Positions 18,086 to 27,803 of a stretch of DNA of 40,721 nucleotides are shown here, in pieces. Position 1 is the stretch's first letter; each line of letters starts with the position of its first letter. This stretch comes from a bacterium (GTDB lineage: Bacteria; Patescibacteriota; Dojkabacteria; JAKAPS01; JAJZLI01): NCBI GenBank assembly GCA_021846685.1, contig JAJZWL010000007.1, forward strand, positions 1-40,721, given 5' to 3'. The notes under the pieces are model-generated. The model did no database searches. It was not told the DNA's origin and saw only the letters and a list, made by a program, of their open reading frames with translations. A program made the translations under genes and the position numbers.

Positions 18086-18977
18086 AGATAAAGAAACTCT
18101 ACAAATAATAAAAAAAAACATTTATTCAAAAGGCTTTGATTCTTTAATAAATAAGAATAATATATCTAAAAGTAAAAGATCCTCAGTAATTGGGATTGGA
18201 GGATCTCATATTTATTTCTCTCTTCTCGAAGGACTTACAATTGTTAAAAGTTATAAAGAATCAATTGATTTTAAAGACAAAGAAAATTTTTTTGAAAACA
18301 TTATCTATCTATATAAAAATAAAGATTTTCAATCATCTAATACTTCTGTGATTTTTTCTTATCCATTTTTACCATATAAAAAAGGAGACCTAATTGACGG
18401 GAAATATATGAAAAATACAAAAATAACAAAAGTATTACCTTTTTCAGATGAGACATTTACACTCTCTGAAAAGTTAAATCATAATTTTAATATTTTAAAT
18501 GATGCAGTTGCTGTTAATTTATATAATCTGTATAAAAATAAGGACTATGACATACATATAGCAGCTATAGCAGGAACAGGGGTTAATATTTCATACACGA
18601 AAAATAACGAAATTTTAAATTCTGAATTTGGAAATATTAAAATACCTGAAAGTATGAATATGGAAGATATACTTAAAATATATAAAGAGGCTACATTTGA
18701 AAAAGTAATTACAGAACATTCACTAAAAAAAACAGCACGATTACACAAAATAGACCTTGAATATTTAAAAAAAATTTCGGCAAAAATATTTGCACTGGCC
18801 ATCCTCTCTTTTATAGAAGACAAAAAGAGTGCCTCTATATTGTTTCAAGGTTCTTTTATTTGCAAAGACAAGAAATACAGAGATCATGTCGTAAGAATAA
18901 TACACAAATATTATAAAGGAAAATTACATATTAATTATAATAACCTTTCAGATATAAAAGGAGCTTCTTTAATATAA
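18066..18977 (+). CDS. Hexokinase-like protein (eukaryote-type hexokinase family, divergent)
   Basis: Ordered motifs IGIGGSH, FSYP, LNDAVA, IAGTGVN, NSEFG, FEK, QGS and GA correspond to hexokinase DLGGTN, FSFP, NDTV, GTGTN, NTEWG and FEKM. Confidence 0.68.
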   Translation: MKQMENKDKETLQIIKKNIYSKGFDSLINKNNISKSKRSSVIGIGGSHIYFSLLEGLTIVKSYKESIDFKDKENFFENIIYLYKNKDFQSSNTSVIFSYPFLPYKKGDLIDGKYMKNTKITKVLPFSDETFTLSEKLNHNFNILNDAVAVNLYNLYKNKDYDIHIAAIAGTGVNISYTKNNEILNSEFGNIKIPESMNMEDILKIYKEATFEKVITEHSLKKTARLHKIDLEYLKKISAKIFALAILSFIEDKKSASILFQGSFICKDKKYRDHVVRIIHKYYKGKLHINYNNLSDIKGASLI

Positions 18978-18981
18978 GATT

Positions 18982-19794
18982 ATGAAAATTAAAGTTGAAG
19001 ATTTTAATTTGCAATATACACTTGAATCCGGACAATGCTTTAATTTTAATAAGGTATCTTACAATAAATACTCAGGAGTTATTAAAGATAAATTCATTAC
19101 AATAGAACAAGTAAACGATATTCTTAAAATAGACTCTTTTCCCAATATAAAAGAAATAGGGATTAGAGAGTATTTTAATCTGGATATAAATTATGAAAAT
19201 ATTTTAATACAACTTGCAAAAGACAATAATATATCTAAAATAATTGAAAAATATAGAGGATTAAGAGTTATTAATCAAGACGAATATGAATGTATGTTCT
19301 CATATATTATTTCTAGCTTTAATTCTATACAAAAAATAAAAAAAACTATTGCATACCTTTCTAAACACCTGGGAGAAAGAATAACAGGGGATGTATACTC
19401 CTTTCCTAATATAGAAAAATTAAAAAATGCTGATATAAAAATACTGAGAGAAGCCAAATTAGGATATAGAGATAAATATATAAAAGAAAGTGCTTTTAAA
19501 ATTATAAATGATAATATAGATATATATGATATTAAAAATTTGGATTATACTACAGCAAAAAAGAAACTGAAAGAATTTCCAGGAATAGGAGATAAAGTAG
19601 CAGATTGTACAATGCTATATTCAATGAATTTTCATAATGCATTCCCTATTGATACATGGATAAATAAGTATCTCACTTTCAATTTCAAGAATAATAAAGA
19701 AGGAAAAGAAATTCTACAGAAAAAATTTAACGGTTTCGCTGGATGGGCACAACTTTTTATTTTTACTGATATTAGATCTATTAAAAATATCTAA
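18982..19794 (+). CDS. ogg: 8-oxoguanine DNA glycosylase (OGG1-like, HhH-GPD)
   Basis: TLESGQCF, GLRVINQD.YE...S.IISS.N, LGYR, FPGIGDKVADC, FPIDTW and AGWAQ. Confidence 0.9.
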   Translation: MKIKVEDFNLQYTLESGQCFNFNKVSYNKYSGVIKDKFITIEQVNDILKIDSFPNIKEIGIREYFNLDINYENILIQLAKDNNISKIIEKYRGLRVINQDEYECMFSYIISSFNSIQKIKKTIAYLSKHLGERITGDVYSFPNIEKLKNADIKILREAKLGYRDKYIKESAFKIINDNIDIYDIKNLDYTTAKKKLKEFPGIGDKVADCTMLYSMNFHNAFPIDTWINKYLTFNFKNNKEGKEILQKKFNGFAGWAQLFIFTDIRSIKNI

Positions 19795-19876
19795 ATAAAA
19801 GATAAAAAAGAATTGATAAACCTCTTTAAATTAATAATACCTAAGCATAAAATAAATATAATGCGCACATATATAC

Positions 19877-20560
19877 TTGACAATAACTATAGGCCTGAAT
19901 TATAATCCCGTTATGATTGGAGAAGTATTAAATCCACCACATGAGCCAAGTACAAGCAGAAGAATTCTTACAGGACTCCTCTCTGCCACTACATTAGCTG
20001 CTGGAGTTGCATTGTATCACCCTAAAGCTCCTGCTGAAACACAAACAAAAGAAAATCCTCAAAATATGTCTGTTATTCCTACAGAATCTTCTCAAAATCC
20101 TACAACAAGTGAGTTAGGGTCAACATTAGCACCTTTTCTTATGCAAGATGAGCAAAATCCACAACTAAAAAATGGTATTCCGCTATTGTCACACTCCCAG
20201 GTATATATTCAAATAAATAAAAACAAGGATAATGGTCTCTACAATACTACAATATACACAGGAATTCCTCCAAAAGAATTTAAAACCATAAAAAATGCAT
20301 TACAGAACCCTTTAGACAAAGTTACTGTAAGAGATTTTGGTGTTACAGATGGTTCTGAAAATATCAATCTTTATTCTTCTAATGCCAAATTAATAAAAGT
20401 ACAAGATTCTCAATATATTATTGCGGCCAACTTTCCTAATAATAAAAATAATATAGGTTCAGAACTTATTAAAGAAAGTTTTACATCATATATAGCATTT
20501 AACATAGTCTCTTCAAAAGGGACAGATATAATGTCTGCATATTTCATACAAGCACCCTAA
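19877..20560 (+). CDS. Hypothetical exported or membrane-anchored protein (likely start 19913)
   Basis: SRRILTGLLSATTLAAGVAL hydrophobic segment; no recognisable domain. Confidence 0.6.
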   Translation: MTITIGLNYNPVMIGEVLNPPHEPSTSRRILTGLLSATTLAAGVALYHPKAPAETQTKENPQNMSVIPTESSQNPTTSELGSTLAPFLMQDEQNPQLKNGIPLLSHSQVYIQINKNKDNGLYNTTIYTGIPPKEFKTIKNALQNPLDKVTVRDFGVTDGSENINLYSSNAKLIKVQDSQYIIAANFPNNKNNIGSELIKESFTSYIAFNIVSSKGTDIMSAYFIQAP

Positions 20561-20587
20561 ATTATTATTGAGTATATTTAAATAACT

Positions 20588-21457
20588 TTATAAAATTTTT
20601 AAATCTCGAAGTAATATATATCCCTTAGTCCAATACACAGAACTGAATACTGACAGAAATGCAGATATATACAAAGCTATTACAAATCCTACTACCTCTG
20701 CTGTGATTCCTATAAATAAATTATGAGATATTAAAGACAAAGATACATTAACTATTAAAAAATCTATTGCTGATACAAAGATTAAGGACAAAATTATAAA
20801 AACTAAAAAATAAAAAGAGATTAATCTGAAATATCCAAATTTATTATTCCAGAAAGATTTATATGTTATTCTAATTGAATCTATAATATCTGTATTCTTA
20901 TCGATTATAAGTCTTACTCCTATAAATGAAAGAGCAAAAACAACTATAAAAGCAAATAGAAATACAAAAGCTATGAAAATATTTAATACCGGAATAGATG
21001 AAAGTATAATACTAAATAATATTAAAAAAACAACAGAAACAGCTATAACAATAATATAATAAACAAAATAATATATAATATATTCTTTCCATTTTTCTTT
21101 TCCTCCATTCCATACCTCAGTAAAACTTTCTTTTTTTTGAGAATTAAGAATATAGTTTATTAATGCTGTAGAAGAAAAAGAGTTTAAAAAAATAGACAAT
21201 AACAATAATATAAATAATACTAAACCTATTATAGCTGCCTCATTTGCATGAGAAATAAGGATCTTTGTTAAATGAGTAATGTATTCTTTTTTGACAGTTG
21301 TAGGAATCTTAATATTATAATAATGAAGTATAAAAGTAAGAGAGGTTATTAATACAGAAATAATCCCTAGATAAAACACATTAATATTTTCAAAAAATAT
21401 TAAAACTGCGTCTTTTGAAATTGAAAATAATTTATTAAAAGAAAAATCATCCATCAT
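20588..21457 (-). CDS. Multi-pass membrane protein
   Basis: About 6 hydrophobic segments; TATAAT 7 nt before the ATG. Confidence 0.75.
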   Translation of the reverse strand: MMDDFSFNKLFSISKDAVLIFFENINVFYLGIISVLITSLTFILHYYNIKIPTTVKKEYITHLTKILISHANEAAIIGLVLFILLLLSIFLNSFSSTALINYILNSQKKESFTEVWNGGKEKWKEYIIYYFVYYIIVIAVSVVFLILFSIILSSIPVLNIFIAFVFLFAFIVVFALSFIGVRLIIDKNTDIIDSIRITYKSFWNNKFGYFRLISFYFLVFIILSLIFVSAIDFLIVNVSLSLISHNLFIGITAEVVGFVIALYISAFLSVFSSVYWTKGYILLRDLKIL

Positions 21458-21546
21458 ACTTATTATTATACATTATGAATGGGTGGATTTATACATACCT
21501 GTAAATTACATAGTTATATAAATTTAGATTATTCTACTTTTATTAT

Positions 21547-21831
21547 CTAGTGTTTATGTATTAATTCTTCTTTTACTTTCTCATCTAAAAAGATTTTTAC
21601 TAATGATTGATAAGGAACATCTTTCTTATTTGCTATCTCTTTAAGATTATCTAATAACATCTGGGGAATCCTTATAGTCATAGTCTTTGTTGAAGGTTTA
21701 AGATTAGAGAATGTTATATTCTGATATGCCTTACTCCAATCTATATATTCTGTACTATCATGAGTATTCCAAAATTCTCTCTCTTCTTCTTCATTTTTAA
21801 ATTGTGGTATTTGTCTTAATTTTTTATTCAT
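21547..21831 (-). CDS. brnA: BrnA/CopG-type antitoxin
   Basis: IPQFKNEEEEREFWNTHDSTEY...TIRIP...KDVPYQSLVK; overlaps the brnT stop. Confidence 0.88.
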   Translation of the reverse strand: MNKKLRQIPQFKNEEEEREFWNTHDSTEYIDWSKAYQNITFSNLKPSTKTMTIRIPQMLLDNLKEIANKKDVPYQSLVKIFLDEKVKEELIHKH

Positions 21832-22139
21832 AGTTTATTTATATTATTAAATATTAATCTTTCTTTTTTACTCTGATCTCTTGCAGATATTACTCTTATC
21901 TTATTATTCCTCTTTGTAAATACAATAAATAACAATCTATTATTCCCGGTAACCCCTAAAGCCTGAAATCTGATCTCTTTACTAGAATGATTTTTATCTT
22001 CATTAATAATTAATGGTTTATTATAAAATACTTCTTCACATTCCTTTATACTTACTCTATGCTTTAATTTATTTTTTAATAAATTACCTTCATCCCAATC
22101 AAAACCTTCAAATTTCTTAAAATCAAAACCTGTTCCCAT
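21828..22139 (-). CDS. brnT: BrnT toxin (start moved from 22166 to 22139)
   Basis: FDWDEGN..KN..KH.VS..E.EEVF and IRVISAR...KKE. Promoter TTGACA-17-TACTAT (22177-22149) overlaps the longer ORF start. Confidence 0.9.
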   Translation of the reverse strand: MGTGFDFKKFEGFDWDEGNLLKNKLKHRVSIKECEEVFYNKPLIINEDKNHSSKEIRFQALGVTGNNRLLFIVFTKRNNKIRVISARDQSKKERLIFNNINKL

Positions 22140-22217
22140 ATGTAAATTATAGTACAATACATTCAATTAATTGTCAATATTAATAAATATATATAAATAC
22201 CTTGTTTTCCTTAAATT

Positions 22218-22296
22218 AATTCTTTATTAATTTTACAATCCTTCTACTCATATAAAACAATTTTCTGGTTCGATTAGTGCTACATTGAAGGAGAAT
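22218..22296. repeat. 79-bp direct repeat, copy 1
   Basis: Ungapped match to 22959-23037 with 10 mismatches. Confidence 0.9.
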
Positions 22297-22318
22297 TTTA
22301 TATTTTTGTTATATAATA

Positions 22319-22606
22319 TTATTTATACACTTTATTTGAACCTGAGTGAGTGCCTAAAGCTAATAACTTTATTACTTATTTGTTATTGTATTCCCATATT
22401 ATTCTTACATCTCCAGTCACCCAACTGCTCCAAACATTATCAAACTCTATACTATTTACTTTATAGGTCCTTAATGATGGATAATTTGGATTATTTGACA
22501 ATAGATTCAATGATTTTAAAATTCTTTTTTGAAGTAAGGTATTTCTTTTTGCAATCTTTCTATAATCTTTATTAAAACTAGAAGTAAAAATTAATTGATA
22601 CATCAT
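22319..22606 (-). pseudogene. RelE/YafQ-family toxin with internal stop
   Basis: YQLIFTSSFNKDYRK...HPSL-like YPSLRTYK...RIIWEYNNK*VIKLLALGTHSGSNKVYK*. TAA at 22378-22376 cuts off the YafQ-type LGTHS C-terminus. Confidence 0.82.
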
Positions 22607-22938
22607 TTTACAATCTTATTCAAATATCTCTCTAATTCACCCTTATTTTTTGTATCTACAATAATACCTTTATCTGTTTTACCTTCTTCTATACTCTTCA
22701 TCTCTTCATCAGATAGAGGTACTGGATCGTATGATAAAGATAAATCAAATGGTATACTATTTTTATCTACTATTTGTTTAAAAAATATTGTTATTGCCTG
22801 AGAAGTTGTTAATCCTAATTCAGATAATATAGATTCAACCCTATCTTTTAAAGGTTTCTGAATCCTTATTTGGGTATTATCTTCTTTCTTTATACTTCTA
22901 TTATCCATAATCATAAATACATCACAAATGTAATGCAT
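22603..22938 (-). CDS. RelB/DinJ antitoxin (likely start 22914 or 22908)
   Basis: TQIRIQKPLK..VESILSELGLTTSQAITIFFKQIV..NSIPFDL. Confidence 0.88.
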   Translation of the reverse strand: MHYICDVFMIMDNRSIKKEDNTQIRIQKPLKDRVESILSELGLTTSQAITIFFKQIVDKNSIPFDLSLSYDPVPLSDEEMKSIEEGKTDKGIIVDTKNKGELERYLNKIVK

Positions 22939-22944
22939 TTGTCA
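22915..22944 (-). promoter_or_regulatory. relB promoter/operator
   Basis: TTGACA (22944-22939). Imperfect 12-bp inverted repeat AAATACATCACA-AA-TGTAATGCATTT (22915-22940). Confidence 0.65.
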
Positions 22945-22958
22945 ATACAATTTCAATA

Positions 22959-23037
22959 AATTCTTTATTAATTTCACAGTCTTTCTACTCATATAAAATA
23001 GTTCTCTAGTGCGATTAGTACTACATTGGAGGAGAAT
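22959..23037. repeat. 79-bp direct repeat, copy 2
   Basis: Ungapped match to 22218-22296. Confidence 0.9.
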
Positions 23038-23357
23038 GTATCGAATTGGATTATTCAATTTTAATATTTAAATAATTTCAAATCCTAAAACTTTTTTAAT
23101 ACAGGAAATATTTTATTTAAATCAGAACAAAAGAATATTATTGAGATAACAGATTCAATACAAAGAACTGTCAAAGAGAACGTTGTCAAACAAAAACTTT
23201 CCTTGGACAGGAGTTTTTCCTAATCTTACTGCATTACATACAGAAGTTCCTTCTGAGCTACCTATAAAATTTATTCTGAATTTATATCCAAAGTCCAGAA
23301 TGTATGTGACGAATACAAAAGATCGACTTCTATTGTTAAAAGTACTAACATTTAAAT

Positions 23358-23630
23358 ATGAAAACTATAACTGCAAAAGAATTTCAACGTAACCATGCAT
23401 CTATTGTTAAAGAGGTGGCTAATGGTCACAAATATGAAGTTACCTTCCATCGCAAACCTATTATCGAGCTGATACCAAAATTTAAGAAAACAACCAAGGA
23501 TACTGAACCTGGAAGTCATTCAGCATTAGTTAAGTCTCTGAGTTATACACGGCCTGTTAAAGGTGATCTTTATGATCTACCATATAAGCAGTTACGAAAA
23601 AATTTGTTAAATCAAAAATATGGCAAATGA
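23358..23630 (+). CDS. Phd/YefM-type antitoxin
   Basis: MKTITAKEFQRNHASIVKEVANG..YEVT..RKPIIELIP. Confidence 0.82.
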   Translation: MKTITAKEFQRNHASIVKEVANGHKYEVTFHRKPIIELIPKFKKTTKDTEPGSHSALVKSLSYTRPVKGDLYDLPYKQLRKNLLNQKYGK

Positions 23631-24019
23631 ATTTGTGTTTATAGATACTAAATATACTCATGGAGTTATTATTTCATCGTTCCAATTACAATATGGTGTT
23701 AACTGCAGTAATATCAATACCTGAATAGTCTATAGTTTGCACATCAATATTATCTCTTTCTACCTTACTATACTTTATAGAATCACAAAAATATGATAAA
23801 GAAATTGCCCACAGTTTTATGAAAGGATACAAAATATTGGATATGGACAATAGGGATTACAAGTGGACTGAGACCAACGACCAAGGAGACTTTGAGGATG
23901 CTCTACAAGTAGCATGTGCCAGGCGCCACAACTGTTCATACTTACTAACACTTGATAAAAAATTCAGCAATATGTATGGCAAGTATTTATCAATCCACAC
24001 AATTATGGAGAGTGAGTGA
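23620..24019 (+). pseudogene. PIN toxin with frameshift and nonsense codon
   Basis: MANEFVFIDT/NILMELL has an extra A at about 23650, then an in-frame TAG at 23726-23728, then DFEDALQVACA....LLTLDKKF. Confidence 0.82.
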
Positions 24020-24107
24020 TAGTGATAAAATTCAGAAAAAGTGTAGGTACCCCGTAAACTGTAATATAATTCTAAAACAAGGTAGAATAACTAAGATACT
24101 AGAACAA

Positions 24108-24326
24108 ACTAAAAAACCACAAGGGATGTTATCTCTATTCCCTGCCTCTGTTCATCAATATCACAATTCAAATAGAGAGTATCTTCTTTATTATTTTTTT
24201 AATTTTCTTGAATATAACTTACTAATGTAGTTCCCCCAACTTGGCCTTGCTCCAAGTACAATAATAGCCCTGTTTTCTTTAAGTAAGTCTTTAAAAAACA
24301 AATTTTCGTAATAATCTCGGTACCAT
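24108..24326 (-). pseudogene. Third AAA_14-type ATPase, degraded N-terminal remnant
   Basis: MVPRLL.../..RAIIVLGAR/QVGGTTL...*...TLYLNCD with two frameshifts and a stop; parallels GARQVGKTT...LYLNCD at 1-301. Confidence 0.7.
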
Positions 24327-24346
24327 ACGAGGAATTACCCAATATG

Positions 24347-24377
24347 AGTCTTGTCTACAAGAAAATAACATTAAAAT
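24347..24377. repeat. Dispersed AGTCTTGTC motif, copy 3
   Basis: AGTCTTGTC-tacaagaa-AATAACATT-AAAAT. Confidence 0.5.
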
Positions 24378-24537
24378 ATGGATAAGAAATAAAAACCTCT
24401 TTATAAAAGGTATCATTTCAATTTAACTATAAAGCTCACATTATAATGTACAATAAATATTAATTATTTAAGATAATTCCTCAATACATTGATTTTCTAA
24501 AATTGACAGAATATGATACAATTCATTATCTGAAAGT

Positions 24538-25665
24538 ATGGTTCAAACAAAAAAAATAAAAAATAATTCACTAACAGAGACACTTATTGAAAAGGCTAAA
24601 TTAAAAGGTTTTCTTACTGAAGAAGATATACTTAATAATATAACCTTTATAGAAAATGAGATCGATATGTTAGACTCTCTTTTTATTAGACTAGAAGAGG
24701 AAAATTTAGACCTGATCTACGATGAAGATAGGCCTAAAGAAACAACTCCTACAACTAAAAAATCTAATAAAAAAGAAGTTCTCTCCCTAGAGGAAAAAAT
24801 TAAAATACTTAGAAGCATTCAAGCAAATATTGACTCTGATCCAATTAGGGCATATCTACAAGAAATAGGTAAAATACCTCTATTAACAGGACCTGAGGAA
24901 GTAATTCTGGCAAAAAGAATTAAAAAGGGAGATAAGAAAGCAAAAGAATATCTTACTACTTCAAATTTAAGATTAGTTGTTTCTATTGCAAAAAAATGGG
25001 CAAGAAAAGGAAGTTTAGACTTACTAGATCTTATTCAAGAAGGAAACTTAGGATTAATGAGAGCTGTAGATAAATTTGACTACCGAAAAGGATATAAATT
25101 TTCTACTTATGCAACTTGGTGGATAAGACAAGCTATAACAAGAGCTATTGCTGACCAAGAAAGAACTATTAGAGTTCCTGTCCATATGATTGAAACCATT
25201 CATCAAATGCAAAAAGTAAGAGGAAAATTAGCTATTGAACTTCAAAGAAATCCTAAACCTGAGGAAATTGCGGCTTCAATGGGAAAAACTGTCGAACAGG
25301 TACAAGAGATTATAAAAATATCTCAATACCCTACATCTCTATCTACACCAGTTGGAGATGATAATTCTAATACAATAGCAGATTTTATCCCAGATGAAGA
25401 TAATCCAAGACCTTCAGATATAGCAAGTAGAGATTATCTTAAAAAGCAAATACAAGAAGTTTTAATGACCCTTTCAGATAGAGAACGAAAAGTAATTGAA
25501 CTTAGATTTGGACTTCAAGATGGAGTTGCTAGAACTTTAGAAGAAGTAGGAAGAGAATTTAAAGTAACAAGAGAAAGAATAAGACAAATAGAAAGTAAGG
25601 CCTTAAAAAAACTAAAAAACAAAGAGGTAGAAAAATTACTTACAGATTATAGGGAAATAAATTAA
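24538..25665 (+). CDS. rpoD: Primary sigma factor sigma70
   Basis: [54 protein letters not shown] and [17 protein letters not shown]. Confidence 0.97.
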   Translation: MVQTKKIKNNSLTETLIEKAKLKGFLTEEDILNNITFIENEIDMLDSLFIRLEEENLDLIYDEDRPKETTPTTKKSNKKEVLSLEEKIKILRSIQANIDSDPIRAYLQEIGKIPLLTGPEEVILAKRIKKGDKKAKEYLTTSNLRLVVSIAKKWARKGSLDLLDLIQEGNLGLMRAVDKFDYRKGYKFSTYATWWIRQAITRAIADQERTIRVPVHMIETIHQMQKVRGKLAIELQRNPKPEEIAASMGKTVEQVQEIIKISQYPTSLSTPVGDDNSNTIADFIPDEDNPRPSDIASRDYLKKQIQEVLMTLSDRERKVIELRFGLQDGVARTLEEVGREFKVTRERIRQIESKALKKLKNKEVEKLLTDYREIN

Positions 25666-25756
25666 CCTTGCACTTTCCCCTAAATAAATAAATAATATAG
25701 ACAAAAGAGACTAAATATGTTAAAAGAGAGCATATTATTTATTAATAACCTATATT

Positions 25757-26392
25757 ATGAATGAAATGACTATATTTTTATTAAGAAATGGAATACAAGA
25801 GCATACATTGTTTATACTACTTGCAGTTCCTATAGCCGCAACAATAATACTCTTTGCCAGAGATATTATAGGCATTCAATCTTTCAACCTATATACTACA
25901 GTTATAGCCGTACTCGCATTTGCATCTACTGGACTATTCCTGGGAATAACCATCACTATTCTTATATTAATATTTGATTATATAGTCAGATACTTTATAA
26001 AGGATTTAAAATTACATTATGCTTCAAAAGTTGCAATTGTGATATCTATAGTAGCTTTATCTATAATTCTATCATTATATATATCTCACAGTGCATTTAA
26101 TCTGAATACTCATATATCAGTATATTCAATGTTAATACTTTTATTGCTTGCAGATTCTCTCTCATTTACAAAGATAAATAAGGGTAATTCAAAAGGCAAT
26201 ACTGTCTATTTAGAAACAATAATTCTAGCACTTGTAACCTTTATTGTAATTGATAATTCTATTACTCATATGCTACTGTTAAAATACCCATACATCTCTG
26301 TATTGGCAATTTTAATTGATATATACATAGGAAAATTCTCAGCATTAAGACTTAGAGAATTCTATAGATTTAGAAATATATCCAAAGAATGA
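25757..26392 (+). CDS. 7TM protein of the 7TM_transglut type
   Basis: L.VPIAATII.FAR.IIG, LHYASKVA and C-terminal G.FS.LRLREFYRF; overlaps the ATP-grasp gene. Confidence 0.78.
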   Translation: MNEMTIFLLRNGIQEHTLFILLAVPIAATIILFARDIIGIQSFNLYTTVIAVLAFASTGLFLGITITILILIFDYIVRYFIKDLKLHYASKVAIVISIVALSIILSLYISHSAFNLNTHISVYSMLILLLLADSLSFTKINKGNSKGNTVYLETIILALVTFIVIDNSITHMLLLKYPYISVLAILIDIYIGKFSALRLREFYRFRNISKE

Positions 26393-27798
26393 TTAAACTT
26401 TTAGACGAATATAAAAAATTATCAGCAACTACATTAGGAATTAATGATAGGAATTTAAACTATATAGATAAAAATTCAATAAATCTGTCTAATTCAAAAA
26501 TAAGAATTAAAAAAATACTTAATAAAAATAATATACCTACTCCTAAAACTATTACATTAATAAAAAATTTAAAAGAATTAGAGGATTTTGATTTTAATTT
26601 ATTGCCTAATAGCTTTGTTATTAAACCAAATAAAGGATTAGGAGGTGAAGGTATAATTATTATTTATGGAAGAAAGAAAAAAAGAAAAGAAACAGAAGAA
26701 GATGCTTGGATAGCACCTAATAAACAAATACTTACAAAAACAGATTTAAAAATACACCTTCTAAATATTATTAATGGATACTATTCTATTAATAAAAAAC
26801 AAGATATTGTAATCTTTGAAGAAAGAATTATTAATTCTCAATTTTTAAAAGAAAGTTTATTTATAAAAGAAGGATTACCAGATATTAGAGTAATAATATT
26901 TAAAAATTTCCCGATCATGGCAGAATTAAGAATTCCAACTATTGAATCAAAAGGGAAATCTAATCTTCATTCAGGAGGAATTGGGGTTGGAATTGATATA
27001 GCTCTCGGAATTACCACTAATGCAATTATGAAAGATAGCTATATAGAGACCCACCCTGATACAGAAGAAAGACTTAGTGGAATAACTATACCTCAGTGGA
27101 ATAAAATTCTAAACCTATCCATTCAATCAAGTATGGCAATTAAATCTAAATTTAGTGGAATTGATATAGCATTAGATAAAGACAAAGGGCCTCTTGTAAT
27201 GGAAATAAATGCTAGACCTGGACTGGCAATTCAAATAGCTAATAAGTCAGGATTAAAAGAGAGACTGGAAGCTGTTTCAAAATTAAAAATTAAGAATCCA
27301 GAATCTGCAATTATAGTTTCAAAAGAAATATTCGGAGGGGAAATAGAAGAAGAAATAGAAGAAATAACTGGGAAAATAATTCTCGGAAGATTTACAAAAA
27401 TAAAAATTAATGATGACTCAGAAATATACAAAGCTAAGATTGACACTGGAGCGTATGTCACTTCCATATCTCAAGATATAGCAGAAAAATTAGGATTTAA
27501 ATATTTAATAGAGCAATTTGATAAATTTGGGATTCAAATAACAAATAATATTGGAGCTATTTATGACACCAGAGATAACATACTCAAAGAAAACCCTGGA
27601 TTAAATCTAACTGTAGTAAAATCTGCAAATGGAATGACTATACGCCCAGTAATAAACCTATCAATACATTTTGTAGAAGAAGAAATAAGTGTTGAAACTA
27701 AAGCAACTATAACATCTCGTTCACACATGAAACATGAATTAATTATAGGACGAAGAGATCTTAAAAATTTTCTTGTTGACGTAACAAGAAATACATAA
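26389..27798 (+). CDS. alpha-L-glutamate-ligase-like ATP-grasp protein fused to a retropepsin-like peptidase
   Basis: LGINDRN, FVIKPNKGLGGEGI, GLPDIRVI, SNLHSGGIGVGID and EINARPGLAIQIAN; C-terminal AKIDTGA...R......IIGRRDL. Confidence 0.85.
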   Translation: MIKLLDEYKKLSATTLGINDRNLNYIDKNSINLSNSKIRIKKILNKNNIPTPKTITLIKNLKELEDFDFNLLPNSFVIKPNKGLGGEGIIIIYGRKKKRKETEEDAWIAPNKQILTKTDLKIHLLNIINGYYSINKKQDIVIFEERIINSQFLKESLFIKEGLPDIRVIIFKNFPIMAELRIPTIESKGKSNLHSGGIGVGIDIALGITTNAIMKDSYIETHPDTEERLSGITIPQWNKILNLSIQSSMAIKSKFSGIDIALDKDKGPLVMEINARPGLAIQIANKSGLKERLEAVSKLKIKNPESAIIVSKEIFGGEIEEEIEEITGKIILGRFTKIKINDDSEIYKAKIDTGAYVTSISQDIAEKLGFKYLIEQFDKFGIQITNNIGAIYDTRDNILKENPGLNLTVVKSANGMTIRPVINLSIHFVEEEISVETKATITSRSHMKHELIIGRRDLKNFLVDVTRNT

Positions 27799-27803
27799 TA
27801 AGA

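Noticed and set aside
22218-23037. Classical integron attC sites
   Set aside because: No RYYYAAC...GTTRRRY ends, weak overall dyad symmetry and no intI in the window.
22319-23728. Stop-codon recoding (e.g. code 25) explaining the broken toxins
   Set aside because: The internal stops are TAA and TAG, one gene also has a frameshift, and TGA, TAA and TAG all end normal genes here (TGA ends metG and the 7TM gene).
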